Assembly: GCA_040954595.2 (NCBI GenBank)
Contig: CM082579.2
Span: forward strand, 15,166,550-15,230,549
Source of the DNA: Balanoglossus misakiensis
Taxonomy: Eukaryota > Animalia > Hemichordata
Direction: 5' to 3'
DNA: 64,000 nt
Shown: one piece after another, positions 1-14,400 of the stretch
Layout of the letters: the number at the start of each line of letters is the position of its first letter
Position numbering within the stretch: the first letter of the stretch is position 1
Notes under the pieces: generated by a model
Told to the model about the DNA's origin: nothing
What the model saw: the letters and a program-made list of their open reading frames with translations, nothing else
Database searches by the model: none
Program-made: the position numbers and the translations under genes

Positions 1-2020
1 ATGCAAATTCAAGTAATATGGCTCAATGGTGCTGATTTTAAAGGATAGGTGGATGATTTGAAAAATGTTATTGTGGAAAAAGATGTGTAAAATTTGGCAG
101 CTTGTGAGGCTTTAATTGTAAAATCTTTGAAATGTGTTTTACTCTTTAGGTCCAATTTTGTATATGTCAATATACCATTGGGACCAATGTGAAATTGTTC
201 TAAACTCAGAAACTCAAGAAGGTACTGGTCAGATTGCTTTAGAAATTGGTGTGTATTTATGTTATTGAGACTTTATACAGATTTTATTTTTCATTTTTGA
301 AGTATATTTTGGGGTGATTTTGGTCGTCATATACTCAGAAACCTCTACCCACATTTTTTTTAAAATTTGGTTTGCATGTTCTTAGGTGTGATTTTATGAC
401 AATTTAACAAACCCAGTGATGGAAGTGACAATATTTTTTTTTTTTTTTTTTTGGCAATTACTGCCATTTTTGTCTGATTGCTTTGCAATTTAGTTTGCAG
501 TTTCTAGGGAATTCTTACTGTGGTGCACAAAGTTCACAAAGGTGATTTACTATCCTCATGCGCTTTGTTGAACTGGCACCCTGTTGCAAAACAGACATTA
601 CAACACTCTTTGAATTGAATTCATAGCTACCAATTTTTCGGGGGTGTAGCACCTTTTTTATGCCTAAAACTTTGATCGAGAACTTCAAATTAAATGCAAC
701 CCTCCAAATATTTGCAATATTTCAGGTATAATGATTTAATTTTAAAGCATAAATTTTGATGTATTCATAATCATTAAGAGAAACACATTTTGAAAATAGA
801 ATATTAATCACACTAGCAGTCATAATACTTTTGAATCATCACTAAAGAACATATAGAAAAATTAAACAGGTGTTAATTATTTATATTTGAACGCAAAGCG
901 TAAATTCCCTTGTGCCATGGAATTGACAATCTGCAACTGGTGGGGTCCTTCTGCCAGTAAAAAGCATCAGATAAATTCTGCATGCTCATCACCGAGGCAA
1001 TTTAGGTGTACTTTTGTACTTTAAGAACTGTCGGTTTTCGCAACTGAAACTCTGTTCACAGGACAGAGGAAAAACTAGAATGACAACAGCTATGTAAGCT
1101 AACAAAAGGAACACAGAGCATAGTTCTCCATACTCACATTTTAATGCAATAATTTTTGCTGAAACTGGGGCGTCCGTGGGCAGGCAAAGGCAGTTCTAAC
1201 TCGACTTGCAAATAAGGCCCATGTCTCTTGTTCGCTGAGATTGTCTGGTTCTAATAATAGCTGTAAGAACTTGATCATTGACCGAACTGTTGGTTCAATT
1301 TTGCAACATTTTATGATTTCAAGCTGTGCAATATTTGCAACTCAGTTTCAACTTTGGTTGGAGGGATGATGATGAAGCCATTTCACTGACAAAATAGCGC
1401 TACTGACTGATGTCAATGTTTGTTTACAGTCAAATGCATTGCCATCATAAAAATACATGTGAGAAATTTCTTATGTGTATGATACACACTTTTGTGCATG
1501 ACTGCAAACTGTGTTACAGTTGTGAAATTCTAAGGGTTGAATTCATTGGGTAGAATTCATGTTTTTTGGATTCTTAAACAACCAGTCACGAAAGCTAAGT
1601 GGTTACCTCAGAGAAGCTGTGTTAAATTTGGTCATCAATTGCTTTAAATCACACAAGACATTCCCAGAGCTAAAGTTACTGCAGCAGTCAGTTTCAACTC
1701 AGCTTGCAAATTGGGATCATGTCTTGTGTTCATCGAGACTGTCTGTAGTCGAGTTGACAGTCCTATGGGGTCAATGATGAACCTACAAATGTTCTTTCCA
1801 ATGAAATTGTTATAAATCTAATATTCAGGATTTGCATTCATACCTTAAACAATATAACTGTATTGCAAATATGGCAACTCTTCTAAGTTACATTGGAACA
1901 CCTTCTCGGCACTGTTTGTGCCAAAATGGTGAATAAGCTTTCATTTTCAAGCCTTAACATAGGCACCCAAAACAAGACAACAGCATTGCAAATATGGCAT
2001 TTTTTGTTCAACTCTTCTCA

Positions 2021-2670
2021 TTTGCATAGTCCAAAATGGCCGCCAAACTCCTCTAACATGTAAATTTCCTATGGTCGTCTTAAATAGTGTGTAGTATCGC
2101 ATTTGAAGGGTTTTCATCAATATGGGTACCTAAAACAATTTCAACGTGGTTGACATTGCAATGTTAGACAGCTGTTCTAATTTGCATGATCTAGAATGGC
2201 CGACAAACTTCTCTAACATGTAAATTTACTATGGTTGTCTTTAATAGTGTGTAATATCGCATTTGCAGGGTTTTCATCAATATGGGTACCTAAAACAATT
2301 TCAACGTCATTGACATGGCAATATTAGACAGCTGTTCTAATTTGCATAATCCAAAATGGCCACCAAACTCTTCTTAAATGTAAATTTCCCTGTTTTGTCT
2401 TATATGGTGCCTAAAATCGCATTTGCAGGGTTTTCATCAATATGGGTAACTAAAACAATTTCAGCGTGGTTGACATGGCAATATTAGACAACTGTACTAA
2501 TTTGCATAATCCAAAATGGCCGACAAACTTCTCTAACATGTAAATTTCCCTGGTTTGTCTTATATGGTGTGTAATATCGCATTTTCACGGTTTTAATTAA
2601 TATGGGTACCTAAAACAATTTCAACGTGGTTGACATGGCAATATTAGACAACTGTTCTAATTTGCATAAT
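2021..2670. repeat. Tandem array, 160-bp unit, about 4 copies
   Basis: Units start TTTGCAT at 2021, 2181, 2341, 2501 and 2661. Related, diverged units occur at about 52830-53160. Confidence 0.9.
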
Positions 2671-3279
2671 TCGAGCACCTGCTGGATAATTTAATTTTTG
2701 CCCTTCTTGTCCCATGATTATATGTGTAATATCTCATTTTCAATGTGTTTACATGTATATATGCAGAATCCATTTCAAACTAAGTGGGCATATTGTAGCG
2801 CCAATCTTATTTCTTAATCCGCACCACAGAACTGATGCAAGGTTTAGGACTGGAAATGTATGTGGCCACTGGCCGACACCCCGGGCGAGAGGTCTCCAAT
2901 TATTTTCAGCACGTAGTGTGCTTCCCGGTTGATAACATCAATATGTGTAAATGCCAAAAACCCGACCTATTGTAATACCAGTCAAATTTTCTTTGTCATT
3001 TACCATTTTTCTCTTGCATATGAACGTTTTTCTTAAAGAGTACATACCCATATACATTTGTATGGGAGCACACATCCCCACCCCCTGCCAACAATAATTG
3101 GACAACTTTATTCTTCTTATACTTCTTTTTAGTCTAAACATTCATATAGAGAAGGCAACATGTTCTTGAAGCTGCTGACTATGGAAATATCATGAAGTAC
3201 ATTTTCCTAGTTGTACATGTACAGTATGATAGGCCCAATGTACCAATTGGAGATGTGTGCCTTACAGGCAACATACATG

Positions 3280-5564
3280 TAGCTCTGCATGGCCTGGTTA
3301 ATCAATGTTGACGCAAAGGTTGACCCTACCAAACACTCAAAATTAATGGGCACGACACTGGCCACTAGCTCTGCATGGCCTGGTTAATCAATGTTGATGC
3401 AAAGGTTGACCCCACCAAACACTCAAAACTGATGGGCACGACACTGGCCACTAGCTCTGCATGGCCTGGTTAATCAATGTTGACGCAAAGGTTGACCCCA
3501 CCAAACACTCAAAATTGATGGGCACGACACTGGCCACTAGCTCTGCATGGCCTGGTTAATCAATGTTGACGCAAAGGTTGACCCCACCAAACACTCAAAA
3601 TTGATGGGCACGACACTGGCCACTAGCTCTGCATGGCCTGGTTAATCAATGTTGACGCAAAGGTTGACCCCACCAAACACTCAAAATTGATGGGCACGAC
3701 ACTGGCCACTAGCTCTGCATGGCCTGGTTAATCAATGTTGACGCAAAGGTTGACCCCACCAAACACTCAAAATTGATGGGCACGACACTGGCCACTAGCT
3801 CTGCATGGCCTGGTTAATCAAGGTTGACGCAAAGGTTGACCCCACCAAACACTCAAAATTGATGGGCACGACACTGGCCACTAGCTCTGCATGGCCTGGC
3901 TAATCAAGGTTGACGCAAAGGTTGACCCCACCAAACACTCAAAATTGATGGGCACGACACTGGCCACTAGCTCTGCATGGCCTGGCTAATCAAGGTTGAC
4001 GCAAAGGTTGACCCCACCAAACACTCAAAATTGATGGGCACGACACTGGCCACTAGCTCTGCATGGCCTGGCTAATCAAGGTTGACGCAAAGGTTGATCC
4101 CACCAAACACTCAAAATTAATGGGCGCGACACTGGCCACTAGCTCTGGCCTGGCTAATCAATGTTGACGCAAGGGTTGACCCCACCAAACACTCAAAATT
4201 GATGGGCACGACACTGGCCACTAGCTCTGGCCTGGCTAATCAAGGTTGACGCAAAGGTTGACCACACCAAACACTCAAAATTGATGGGCACGACACTGGC
4301 CACTAGCTCTGGCCTGGCTAATCAAGGTTGACGCAAGGGTTTACCCCACCAAACACTCAAAATTAATGGGCGCAACACTGGTCACTAAGCTCTGGCCTGG
4401 CTAATCAATGTTGACGCAAGGGTTGACCCCACCAAACACTCATAATTGATGGGCACGACACTGGCCACTAGCTCTGGCCTGGCTAATCAATGTTGACACA
4501 AGGGTTGACCCCACCAAACACTCATAATTGATGGGCACGACACTGGCCACTAGCTCTGGCCTGGCTAATCAAGGTTGACGCAAGGGTTGACCCCACCAAA
4601 CACTCAAAATTGATGGGCACGACACTGGCCACTAGCTCTGGCCTGGCTAATCAATGTTGACGCAAGGGTTGACCCCACCAAACACTCAAAATTGATGGGC
4701 ACGACACTGGCCACTAGCTCTGGCCTGGCTAATCCAGGTTGACGCAAGGGTTGACCCCACCAAACACTCAAAATTAATGGGCGCGACACTGGCCACTAAG
4801 CTCTGGCCTGGCTAATCAAGGTTGACGCAAGGGTTGACCCCACCAAACACTCAAAATTGATGGGCACGACACTGGCCACTAAGCTCTGGCCTGGTTAATC
4901 AATGTTGACGCAAAGGTTGACCCCACCAAACACTCAAAATTAATGGGAACGACACTGGCCACTAGCTCTGCATGGCCTGGTTTATCAATGTTGACGCAAA
5001 GGTTGACCCCACCAAACACTCAAAATTAATGGGCACGACACTGGCCACTAGCTCTGCATGGCCTGGTTAATCAATGTTGACGCAAAGGTTGACCCCACCA
5101 AACACTCAAAATTAATGGGCACGACACTGGCCACTAGCTCTGCATGGCCTGGTTAATCAATGTTGACGCAAAGGTTGACCCCACCAAACACTCAAAATTA
5201 ATGGGCACGACACTGGCTACTAGCTCTGCATGGCATGGTTAATCAATGTTGACGCAAAGGTTGACCCCACCAAACACTCAAAATAAATGGGCACGACACT
5301 GGCCACTAGCTCTGCATGGCCTGGTTAATCAATGTTGACGCAAAGGTTGACCCCACCAAACACTCAAAATTAATGGGCACGACACTGGCCACTAGCTCTG
5401 CATGGCCTGGTTAATCAATGTTGACGCAAAGGTTGACCCCACTAAACACTCAAAATTAATGGGCACGACACTGGCCACTAGCTCTGCATGGCCTGGTTAA
5501 TCAATGTTGACGCAAAGGTTGACCCCACCAAACACTCAAAATTAATGGGCACGACACTGGCCAC
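3280..5564. repeat. Minisatellite, 86-bp unit (82-83-bp variant in the centre), about 27 copies
   Basis: Unit is TAGCTCTGCATGGCCTGGTTAATCAATGTTGACGCAAAGGTTGACCCCACCAAACACTCAAAATTGATGGGCACGACACTGGCCAC. Central copies lack GCAT. Confidence 0.97.
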
Positions 5565-6594
5565 TACATGTATTTGTGATATTTTACATGGTTAACCACG
5601 CCTTGAGAAAAGTAATCATAAGAGAACTTTGTTTCCAAAGTTAGGGGAGAATAATCTAACGGGAGATGGGAGTACCTCAGGCTACTGAGCTCGTTCCCTT
5701 CCTCATGTACTTTACTGGGCGTATTTGATGTACTATAATAATTCCGGACAATAAATGAACGTAAATCAAATACGTTTCTCCGTGGATCACGGTTCTCGTC
5801 AGAGCCCGTTACCTCATCGCTACAGATTCCCCGATGCATGAACAATCATGAGAAACCAGCGGTAATACAAGTGTCACGATTGAGTTTTAACGATCATAGA
5901 TCTTGTTTATGATTACGTAAGAAGTCATTCACTTATATGGTTTTAGTCCAGTATTGACATTGGTACTTGACCCAGAGTAAACAACATTGTGTAATTGATA
6001 CATGTCAGAACGAGATAGAGATATCACGCGCTAAGTTCATGTTTAAGAAATATCAAGATGACGTGTTCCTTTTATGACTTAATACTTGACTAACGTATTA
6101 ATAAGGTGTGGTGAAATTTGAGATCACACATTTATCACCGGAGATCCGTGATGGGAGTCAACGAGCATGGATCGAGTCGTGTAATTCTTACGTGTGACCA
6201 GTAATAAACCAGAACTTTGTGTTACTCGGAAAACTTCTTGCAAGTCTCTGTCTACGAAAGGTTTACGATCTGCCGGGTACCTCTCTCGGACTTTATGAAT
6301 ATGTTGGGTGGAGAAGGAGATGAAGAGAATGTACGCCGTCAGCTTTCGGACGTGGCTGATTCCCCACAGAAGCCGATGAGGTAAACGTCCGGAGGACGAC
6401 CGGCCGTAACAACAAACTGCATGAATTAAAGTTCAACAATCCTTAGAAGACAGGAACGTCAGAGGTTGAATCTTGATGGGAAAAGGCGAGGTATCGCTGG
6501 TTATCATCGGCGTACTGATGAAATTGTAGGATGTGGGGACGAATCGGTTTACTATAAAGTTGGGCTATATAAATGGTGAACAACAGAGGGGCAG

Positions 6595-6745
6595 TGGCAC
6601 CCCGTATACGAGAAGTGACTGTGAACTTGCAGTGTTTTCGATGATTACAGTTTGATATCTATATTGAAGGTAAGATGTAAACCATGTTAGTACTGTGTCT
6701 GAGATGCCAAGGTTCGATAGTCTACAAAGAAGTATCCTGTGATGC
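6595..6745 (-). pseudogene. Short degenerate non-LTR (L2/CR1-type) reverse transcriptase fragment
   Basis: Translation ILLCRLSNLGISDTVLTWFTSYLQYRYQTV...YGVP resembles the LINE RT region just before the GVPQGS motif, and the N-terminus of the ORF at 38287. Confidence 0.7.
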
Positions 6746-8490
6746 AAATGTACAACTGAAGAAAAAAGGAATCACAAATCTTAAAACTAAGATGCCGTTA
6801 AGAATTAAATTTCGCGATAAGGAAGTGACGAAATACGTACATTTTCAGGTGCTCTACAACAAGTAGTCTCCCTATCATCCCTATTGGAGCATGCAGCTAA
6901 AATTTACCATGACGTCATTGATTCTACGCGAACGTTTTTCTAATGGCGATAAACATATTTTGTATAAATTGTGCTCAAACGCCCGTGAATCTCACTCGCA
7001 AAAATTCACAAGTGGCGCATACAACACTAGGAAGAAAATTGTTTAGCAGTCTATAGAGTTTGTGACCTGAGATTTGGAAGTAAAAGTTAAACTTAAAAGT
7101 TGAGACAGAAGTGATTGAAGAGTAAAGAAACTTTTGAAGTGTTAAGAAAGTTATCGCATTCCTGATGAAAAGAAAAGAAAATACAATACATTCATTGTTT
7201 TAAGGAACACAAGGAAGACAAGTACTATGCAATCAGAGTATGCATGGATCATTCATCTAAAAATATATCTCCGCGTCTTTTGGCGGGTAAAAATAAAATG
7301 CTGGAACGGTCTTTTGGATGGCGGACTATTTGTGTCATTCTTGTCCTCAGAACGCAAGTGGTCGAGTAGGTTTATTTCATTAAATTCTTATATTCTCAGT
7401 TGCTACCATAAATACCCAGTGTTCGTGTCGATGTATCTGGACGTCAGCACGATTCCATATAGGTACCTCTCAGTATTAGCCAAGCGAGTTATCCCCATCG
7501 ATAGAGTTTAATTCCCCGTTACATTCCCAACACCAATCCTCCCGCGTGACATTGAGGTTGAAGGTATACAAACCTTAGGAATCATGCAACCATCCAGAAA
7601 GTGTAATAAATTTTGAAGCTATGATGTGAGTTTTCAGTTCGTTTCTTCTTTTGATTTGTTGATGTAACATTGTGCGTTTTAAATAAAAGATAAAAAAATG
7701 TACAGCAATGACGTCACAAAATTCACTGGTATTGATAAAGCTATATTATATCATATATTATATGTGTTAAATACTACCGTATCTCATTATTGCAGGATTT
7801 CGTGCTTTAACACAAAATACGCGAATAGGGTTTAATACAAAACTAAATGACACAATTTCTGTTTCTTTGCCAAAATTCTTAATCACAAGATCAACCCATC
7901 CTTACGCCTCTACTCTATTGCTAAGAGAAACCAGCGTCCGTAACATGCATTGTGAAACCCCTCAACAACATGCATGTCAACACTTCATTTTTTCTCCAGC
8001 ATTGTCAGTTTGGTACCCTGACAACTCACGGGGCATCATGGGACAATATTAAAGCTGATTCAGTGTTTATGTGCATAAAACACACGGCGGTGGAAACATT
8101 CGTTTTAAATTATTGTGGACGCGCGCACGCCCTTGTCTGTGTACAGGTACTTGATGCTTGTCTACAGTCACGTGAAACGCTGTTGGTAGTACCCTAGAAG
8201 ATAGATATCTTTAATCAGAACTTTGGTAAGGAAGGTTTGAGAAGTCCATTCTATGTAAAGAAAGTTTAAGAAGTGTGTTACCAAAGGGTGTGGGGGTGGC
8301 TGGGGGTCATCAATATATCACTCTGCATCACGTTCACAGAAAAGGTCGCGACACGCCCACAAATCCACTCACGACTTGCGTCACCGGTTACAGGAGTTCG
8401 TACAAAAGTGTGGTTTATGCACATTTACACTGAATCAGTTTTTTTGGCCCATGATGCCCATGGGCCAATACAGGCCACGATGCCTCCAGA

Positions 8491-8548
8491 ATGATGATGG
8501 CAATGATGGTGATGATGATGATTGTGGTGGTGGTGGTGGTGGTGGTGA
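8491..8548. repeat. (GAT/GGT)n microsatellite
   Basis: Read directly from the sequence. Confidence 0.85.
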
Positions 8549-9370
8549 TTGAGCTTTAATTTCCCTTTCTTCCTGTCTAACCACTTCCTCTCTCACCTTC
8601 ACTTATTCGGTCTCTCCCCTCCCCTTCTGTCAAAGTCCTCCCCTCATTCCCTTTCCATCCTGACATTCTCATTTCCGCCCTCTTGCTTTTCTTCTCCTTT
8701 CTCACATTCCTTTTCTCACCTCTCTCCCCCCTCCGTAACATGTTATGTAATATATAAAGTAAAAAAGTCCAAAGCATGATGTTATCACAGATGACATTTG
8801 GAATGTATTATTGTACTATCTGGTTTAATTTCAAACATAGTGGAGTTATTTATTGGCCAGTATTTAAGCATGTTTAAAGAAGTCAAACAGCATAATAGGC
8901 ACATTTCATATCAAACAAAATTGACCAAATAAGCTCAAAAGAGGATTTGAACAATTTGTCCCTTTAAGTAATGTTCAATATTGGATTTACACTTGTGATT
9001 GTATGTCATCTCCCTTTTGTTAGAAACCTCACAGTCATATAATAAACAGGTGACCTGACAATCATTTGAAATACCAAACTTCGGCAGCTATTCCAGTTTG
9101 GTCCAAAAACCTAATTTTAACTGGCACCTCAACTTTAGGACTATTATGGATGTTGCTGAAACTTGAAGTGGGCTGCTTGTGAAGAGGAAGACGTGGAGTG
9201 TCTCTCAGACAATGCTGCGCTCAGTCAGAGATAAAGTCAAAATATGGATTTGACTTGCAACAGTAATTTGTTAGTTAAGTCAAATTCAACTTAAATATGT
9301 CTCTTTGGGTCAGTCTTAACGGGTGTAGCATGCTGGAAGGGTGTGCTTACCCATTTCCGACACCTAGTAC

Positions 9371-9820
9371 CACAGGGGGCTGCAAACATGAAAGTTATAA
9401 ATGGCGAAGTACGTTCCATTCTGCGTTTTCCCAACCTGTCTTATCATTTGCTAATCCAGAATAAAAGCTATCCATTTCCCATTAATCACCTGCTAACGAC
9501 TTAATCTGTGTGCCCCATCCATGGATTAAGTTAATAAAGTAAACATCGGTCAGCGAGTACTGGGTATTCTCTTACCAAGTGAGAACTGACCGATGTTTAC
9601 TTAATCCACTAAATCCGTGGATGGGGCACACAGATTAAGTCGTTAGCAGGTGCTTAATTGGAAATGCAATAGTTTGTATTCTGGATTAGCAACTGCTAAG
9701 ACAGGTGGAGGTAACACAGAAAAATAAACAAGCACAAAGACTGTTCATCAATTAATGTTTATTGGGGGAAAATGCAGGAACTCCGCCATTTATAACTTTC
9801 ATGTTTGCAGCCCCCCTGTG
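9371..9820. mobile_element. Foldback/MITE-like palindromic element, about 450 bp
   Basis: Terminal IR CACAGGGGGCTGCAAACATGAAAGTTATAAATGGCG (9371-9406 vs 9784-9820), plus an internal inverted pair at about 9433-9553 / 9586-9708. Confidence 0.85.
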
Positions 9821-11459
9821 CGAGTACTACCACTTAGCAGTGGTTCAAGATGATCCTGTTGAAATTGTAAGTTTTTCTCTTATTTCTTTTTTGAACCTGG
9901 ACCTGGTAATTAGCTTAGCTTGAGTAATATTGATTATTGGACCTGGTTTGATGTCTTAATATAACAACTACAGAAGAATCTCTGGACACAGTGAAATACA
10001 CTCCAGGGTTATGGTAATGACTGACAAATTGTCAGTTTAAAAAAGTAGACAAAGAACTCAGTTAAATATTATAATAAAAATATGCTTTTAATATAAGGAA
10101 AAGGTACAATTGATATACTTGTAATTAAAACATAAATATAATGATGAAATTCTTCAACTGTTCTGTAGTTGCACCAGTATTTGTATAAGCTAAAAATGTT
10201 GACTTCTGGCAGGACAACTCAAACAGATATTAAACTTATTTATAGTACTTCCACTTCATGACTTTGTTCAAAAATTTCCCAAACTTATTTCATTGTTGAT
10301 GAGTTGTCACCTCCGAACAACACAAAAAGGAACAGTTTGTATAAAAAAGTAATTTTGCATGAATCTTAAACATACATGCACAAGTTGAGTGAATAACACA
10401 ATATAATCATATTCTACAATGAATTACAATATCAAGATTAAGGGTTTCACATATGACATTACATTGCTACATTTTATATACATGAATTTAATTTGAAAAA
10501 TTTCCATTGATCTATAACACCATGAATAATATAAAAATATGCGAATAAATACTTTGAATTATTATATATACATGTCAGGTCTCAAAGTGAGTAACTATAT
10601 TTCCATTCACCTATGAACTGGTTATTAACCAAATGAAATGATAGGATCTTTTATTTTGAGGATCTTATAATTGTGATCATACACATCCATATTCCAAAAT
10701 TCGCATGCCAAACAAATATCAGATTTATACGGCCAGTTGTAAAGACAGTACAAGGGGCAAAAAAATTGATAATAGTTAATCATCATCTCCCTTCTTTTAC
10801 AGTCTTGGAGAATGGTGACGGTTGAAGTCAAATTAAAGAAAAATATCAAGAAAAATATCAAAATTTGAAGCACTAATTCAGGAGGATATATAGCATCGGG
10901 AGGTAGTCACTGAATATATTGAGAGAAATAATTCATAATCTATGCATTTGGATGAAAAGACCTTCTATCTGATCAAGTTAAGGATAAATGCTGCCTTGTA
11001 TGAATACAGAAGCAAGTCAGCATGCAAAGGGAGAGCTGAATTGGTACACTGTTAAATTTGTCCTCCAAATTCAACAAAAATATGTTGTTGTTTAGGAATT
11101 CTCGTATTATCATATCTTTTTCATTACACAATACCTTATAATAAGTCATAACAAATTTTTAAGGAAAATTCTTTAAAATATGTAAAATATATAGCCTTAT
11201 AACCAACATACTTTAAAGATGATTATTTATGATCATTTCATTCAGATGTTGCTAAGAGTGTAATAATAAAGATCTGTTTCACTCCAACCAATTTAATGTG
11301 CGCTTATCACAGTACTGTCGTCTGACAAAGCATAACTATTATTGTTATCATTTATGGGATTATACCAAGCTTATCACAGTACTGTGTCAACTCACAAAAT
11401 GAAAACCATTCTAGTTATCATTTGAATTATACCATACATGTACACACAGAGATGGCACA

Positions 11460-14400
11460 TTAGAAGTATCTGTCTCCGTGACTCTCATGAAATAGTTCAT
11501 TTCTACTCTTAAGAGGCCTTGGTCTCCATTCCTCACTTCCACTGGCACTACCACTGTCGCCACTATACATGGGATTGTAGTGATAGATTTCTCTGAAGGC
11601 TTCCTCATCTTCCACACTTTTCCCTGCCTTGCTATCAACATCATCTGTATCATCAAACCAATGGATATCCATAGTTGCCTCTTGTTCTTCCCAGCCTGGA
11701 TGTTTCTTTCCTCCAAGAGCACACCTGAATGTCAAATAGTTGAACATCATCAATGTGGGATTTGTTGTGATGTTGTTACTACTGTAGAATAACGCAGGTG
11801 GTTGTTGGACACTTTGCGGTCTGGTCGCGTGACTTTGCCTTGTTAGCCGCCATGCATGTTGAACGCAAATTATACCATGATGCACTGCAGTTACCCTATA
11901 CGCGAATAGGTCTATGCATGAACTCTTTGAATAAATTTGCTTCCACGATACAGATGTGATTATTTTTCACGTTGCCTCATGCATGTATGGAAAGATACAG
12001 GTAAATTCCCAGTTTTCTGATGGGCAACATTTCTACAGCTGTCTCGATTCTACTCTGGTAGTACTAAATAACTTACCGTTGGTACATGAGTAACATTATT
12101 ACACCAAGCACTAACACAGCCGCTAAACCTCCCGCAACACCACCAATGATGACAGCTGTGTCAACGGAGGAATCTGTAAGAGTTTAAATATTTCTATTTG
12201 TCACGGGGGCGATATGCTACGATAAAAGCAAGACAACCATTCATTATGATGCTTAACTATTGTAAAATGGTTAGTTGACCAAAAATCTAGTTATACTGCA
12301 GATGTTGCAGTTTCACCATTTTCACAAATATTTTCAAGACAACGTAAACTGTAATCATGTAGATCAAACAAATGTGTAAACTTTAGTGAATATTGTTTTT
12401 CAATCTTGAGTTATTAAAAGACAAAGAAATGTATACACACCTTTAACTTGCATTGGTATTCTCTGGCGGCAAGTTTCACCTTGATATTCATCAGTACATT
12501 CACAAACAGGATTGCCATCACTGTCCTTGATGCAAACAGCATTGTTTGAGCAGAACCCTTCACATTTATCTAGACACAAGAATAAAATCACATCACATTA
12601 TTCTACCTGACGAACCATTTGTATTAGACAAGAACTAAACCCACTTGCAGATTCATTTCTTACAAACGGAATGGAAGTTGTGTGCTGTCGAACGTTGATT
12701 CACTATATATCCACATGTACCGGGTGAATAACATAAACAGTGTCTTGTATCAAACATAATTAATGGAAAAAGGGCAGCAAGAGAGATACTAAATCAACAG
12801 TAGTTTCTACGTTTTAGCTGTACATATTTCTGTTGACATTTCAGTTGTAGATAGTTACATACCTGTACAAGTTATTCCATCACCAGTGAAACCAGTTTTG
12901 CAAGTGCATTCATATCCTGGTACAAGATTCCTGCAAGTGACATTTGGGTGACAGTCATCCAGACCAAGACGACATTCATGTGCATCTAGAAAACAAAAAT
13001 TCTTGCAATGTCTTTAACTGACCACCAAATAAAACTATGGGATCTTCATACATATCACCAGTTAAAGGTATACGGTCACCTATGGAAAATTAGCTATAGT
13101 TACCATGGCAAAAGGAGATCTAGCCAATCACAGATTTTCAGTGGGTGGCACATGCAAAAAAGAGCGCCACCATATGTTCTTTAGAACTCTCATATACTCC
13201 ATTTCAGCCATATATGGGCGTTTGTAAATTGGAGGTGACTGTATACCTTTAAGTTAGATGACTACCCAGATGCAGTGCATGGTTATCACATTCCATAGCC
13301 TAACATGTAGAATTCTGAGAAAACAGTATTACAATATTGTTATTTCCGTGAAATTTTCAGAAAAGGTGTTAAAAGAGGAGCATTATTAAATTATATAAAA
13401 ATATTGGATCACACAACATATCAAATGATACTCTAAATAAAGAAGAAAATTTCTTATAATGAAGTGTTTGTGTCAGATTGAACAGTTAAGGTTGATCTCC
13501 ACAAGCACTTCATGCATGTTATCAGTTCTATGATTATGAAAAATTTATTCCTACCATCACATTCTGTTTCATATAGGGCACCCTCTCTGCCTGTAGTGTA
13601 GCCAGTTGGGCATGGTTGACAAGCATCCTGGTTGAATTCAAAGTTATATGTTCCAACAGGGCATTTCTCACATCTATAGGACTCCTGATTCAAGTACCAA
13701 CCAACATTGCAGTAAGCTGTTGATGGAATGGAAAAAGAGCATAGAATAAAATTGGAGGACTATCATTATTTTGAACAACTGAGGCACAATAATACAACCT
13801 TCAGTTCAGTACAGTTGAGATACAACATGAAAAGTTGTATACATAATACTTACAAACATTACAATCTTCACTTAAGGTTGAACCGACTGTTCTTGTGGTG
13901 AAGCCAAATGGGCACGGCATACAAGATGGCTGAAGTTCAGCATTTGATCGATAGGTTCCCATGGGACACGACTCACAAGACCCATTGACACTAAGTTGGA
14001 CTCCCACTGATTTACATACCTCTGTAATTGAGAAGATTAATTTTTTGATATTCACGATTATCTGCTTTTCACTCACGTGAATTTGTTAAACTGTTGAATA
14101 TGTTACATATCTGGCGGTTCTAAAGTAAAAACCTACTCGGAAAAAAGTTTACTGGATGCCGAAATATTGCTTGCCTGTCACTTACAAATGATAACGCCAT
14201 GGGTACGTCACATGGCCAGATCATGTGATTGATAGTCAAGAATAGCAAATAACACAAGTACCTACCCTGACATTGTGACTCATCAGTAGCTCCTTCAACT
14301 AATGTAAGCATTCCCTTTGGGCAAGTATTACACACAAACTTTCCTTCTTCTGATTGCCAGAATCCAATGGGGCAGCTTTGGCACTGAGAAGTCCCGTTGT

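Noticed and set aside
3280-5564. Regular repeat array resembling CRISPR
   Set aside because: No unique spacers; whole units are repeated, the context is eukaryotic and there are no cas genes.
5573-6560. CpG-richer stretch that might be a TE remnant
   Set aside because: No ORF, motif or terminal structure that I could recognise.
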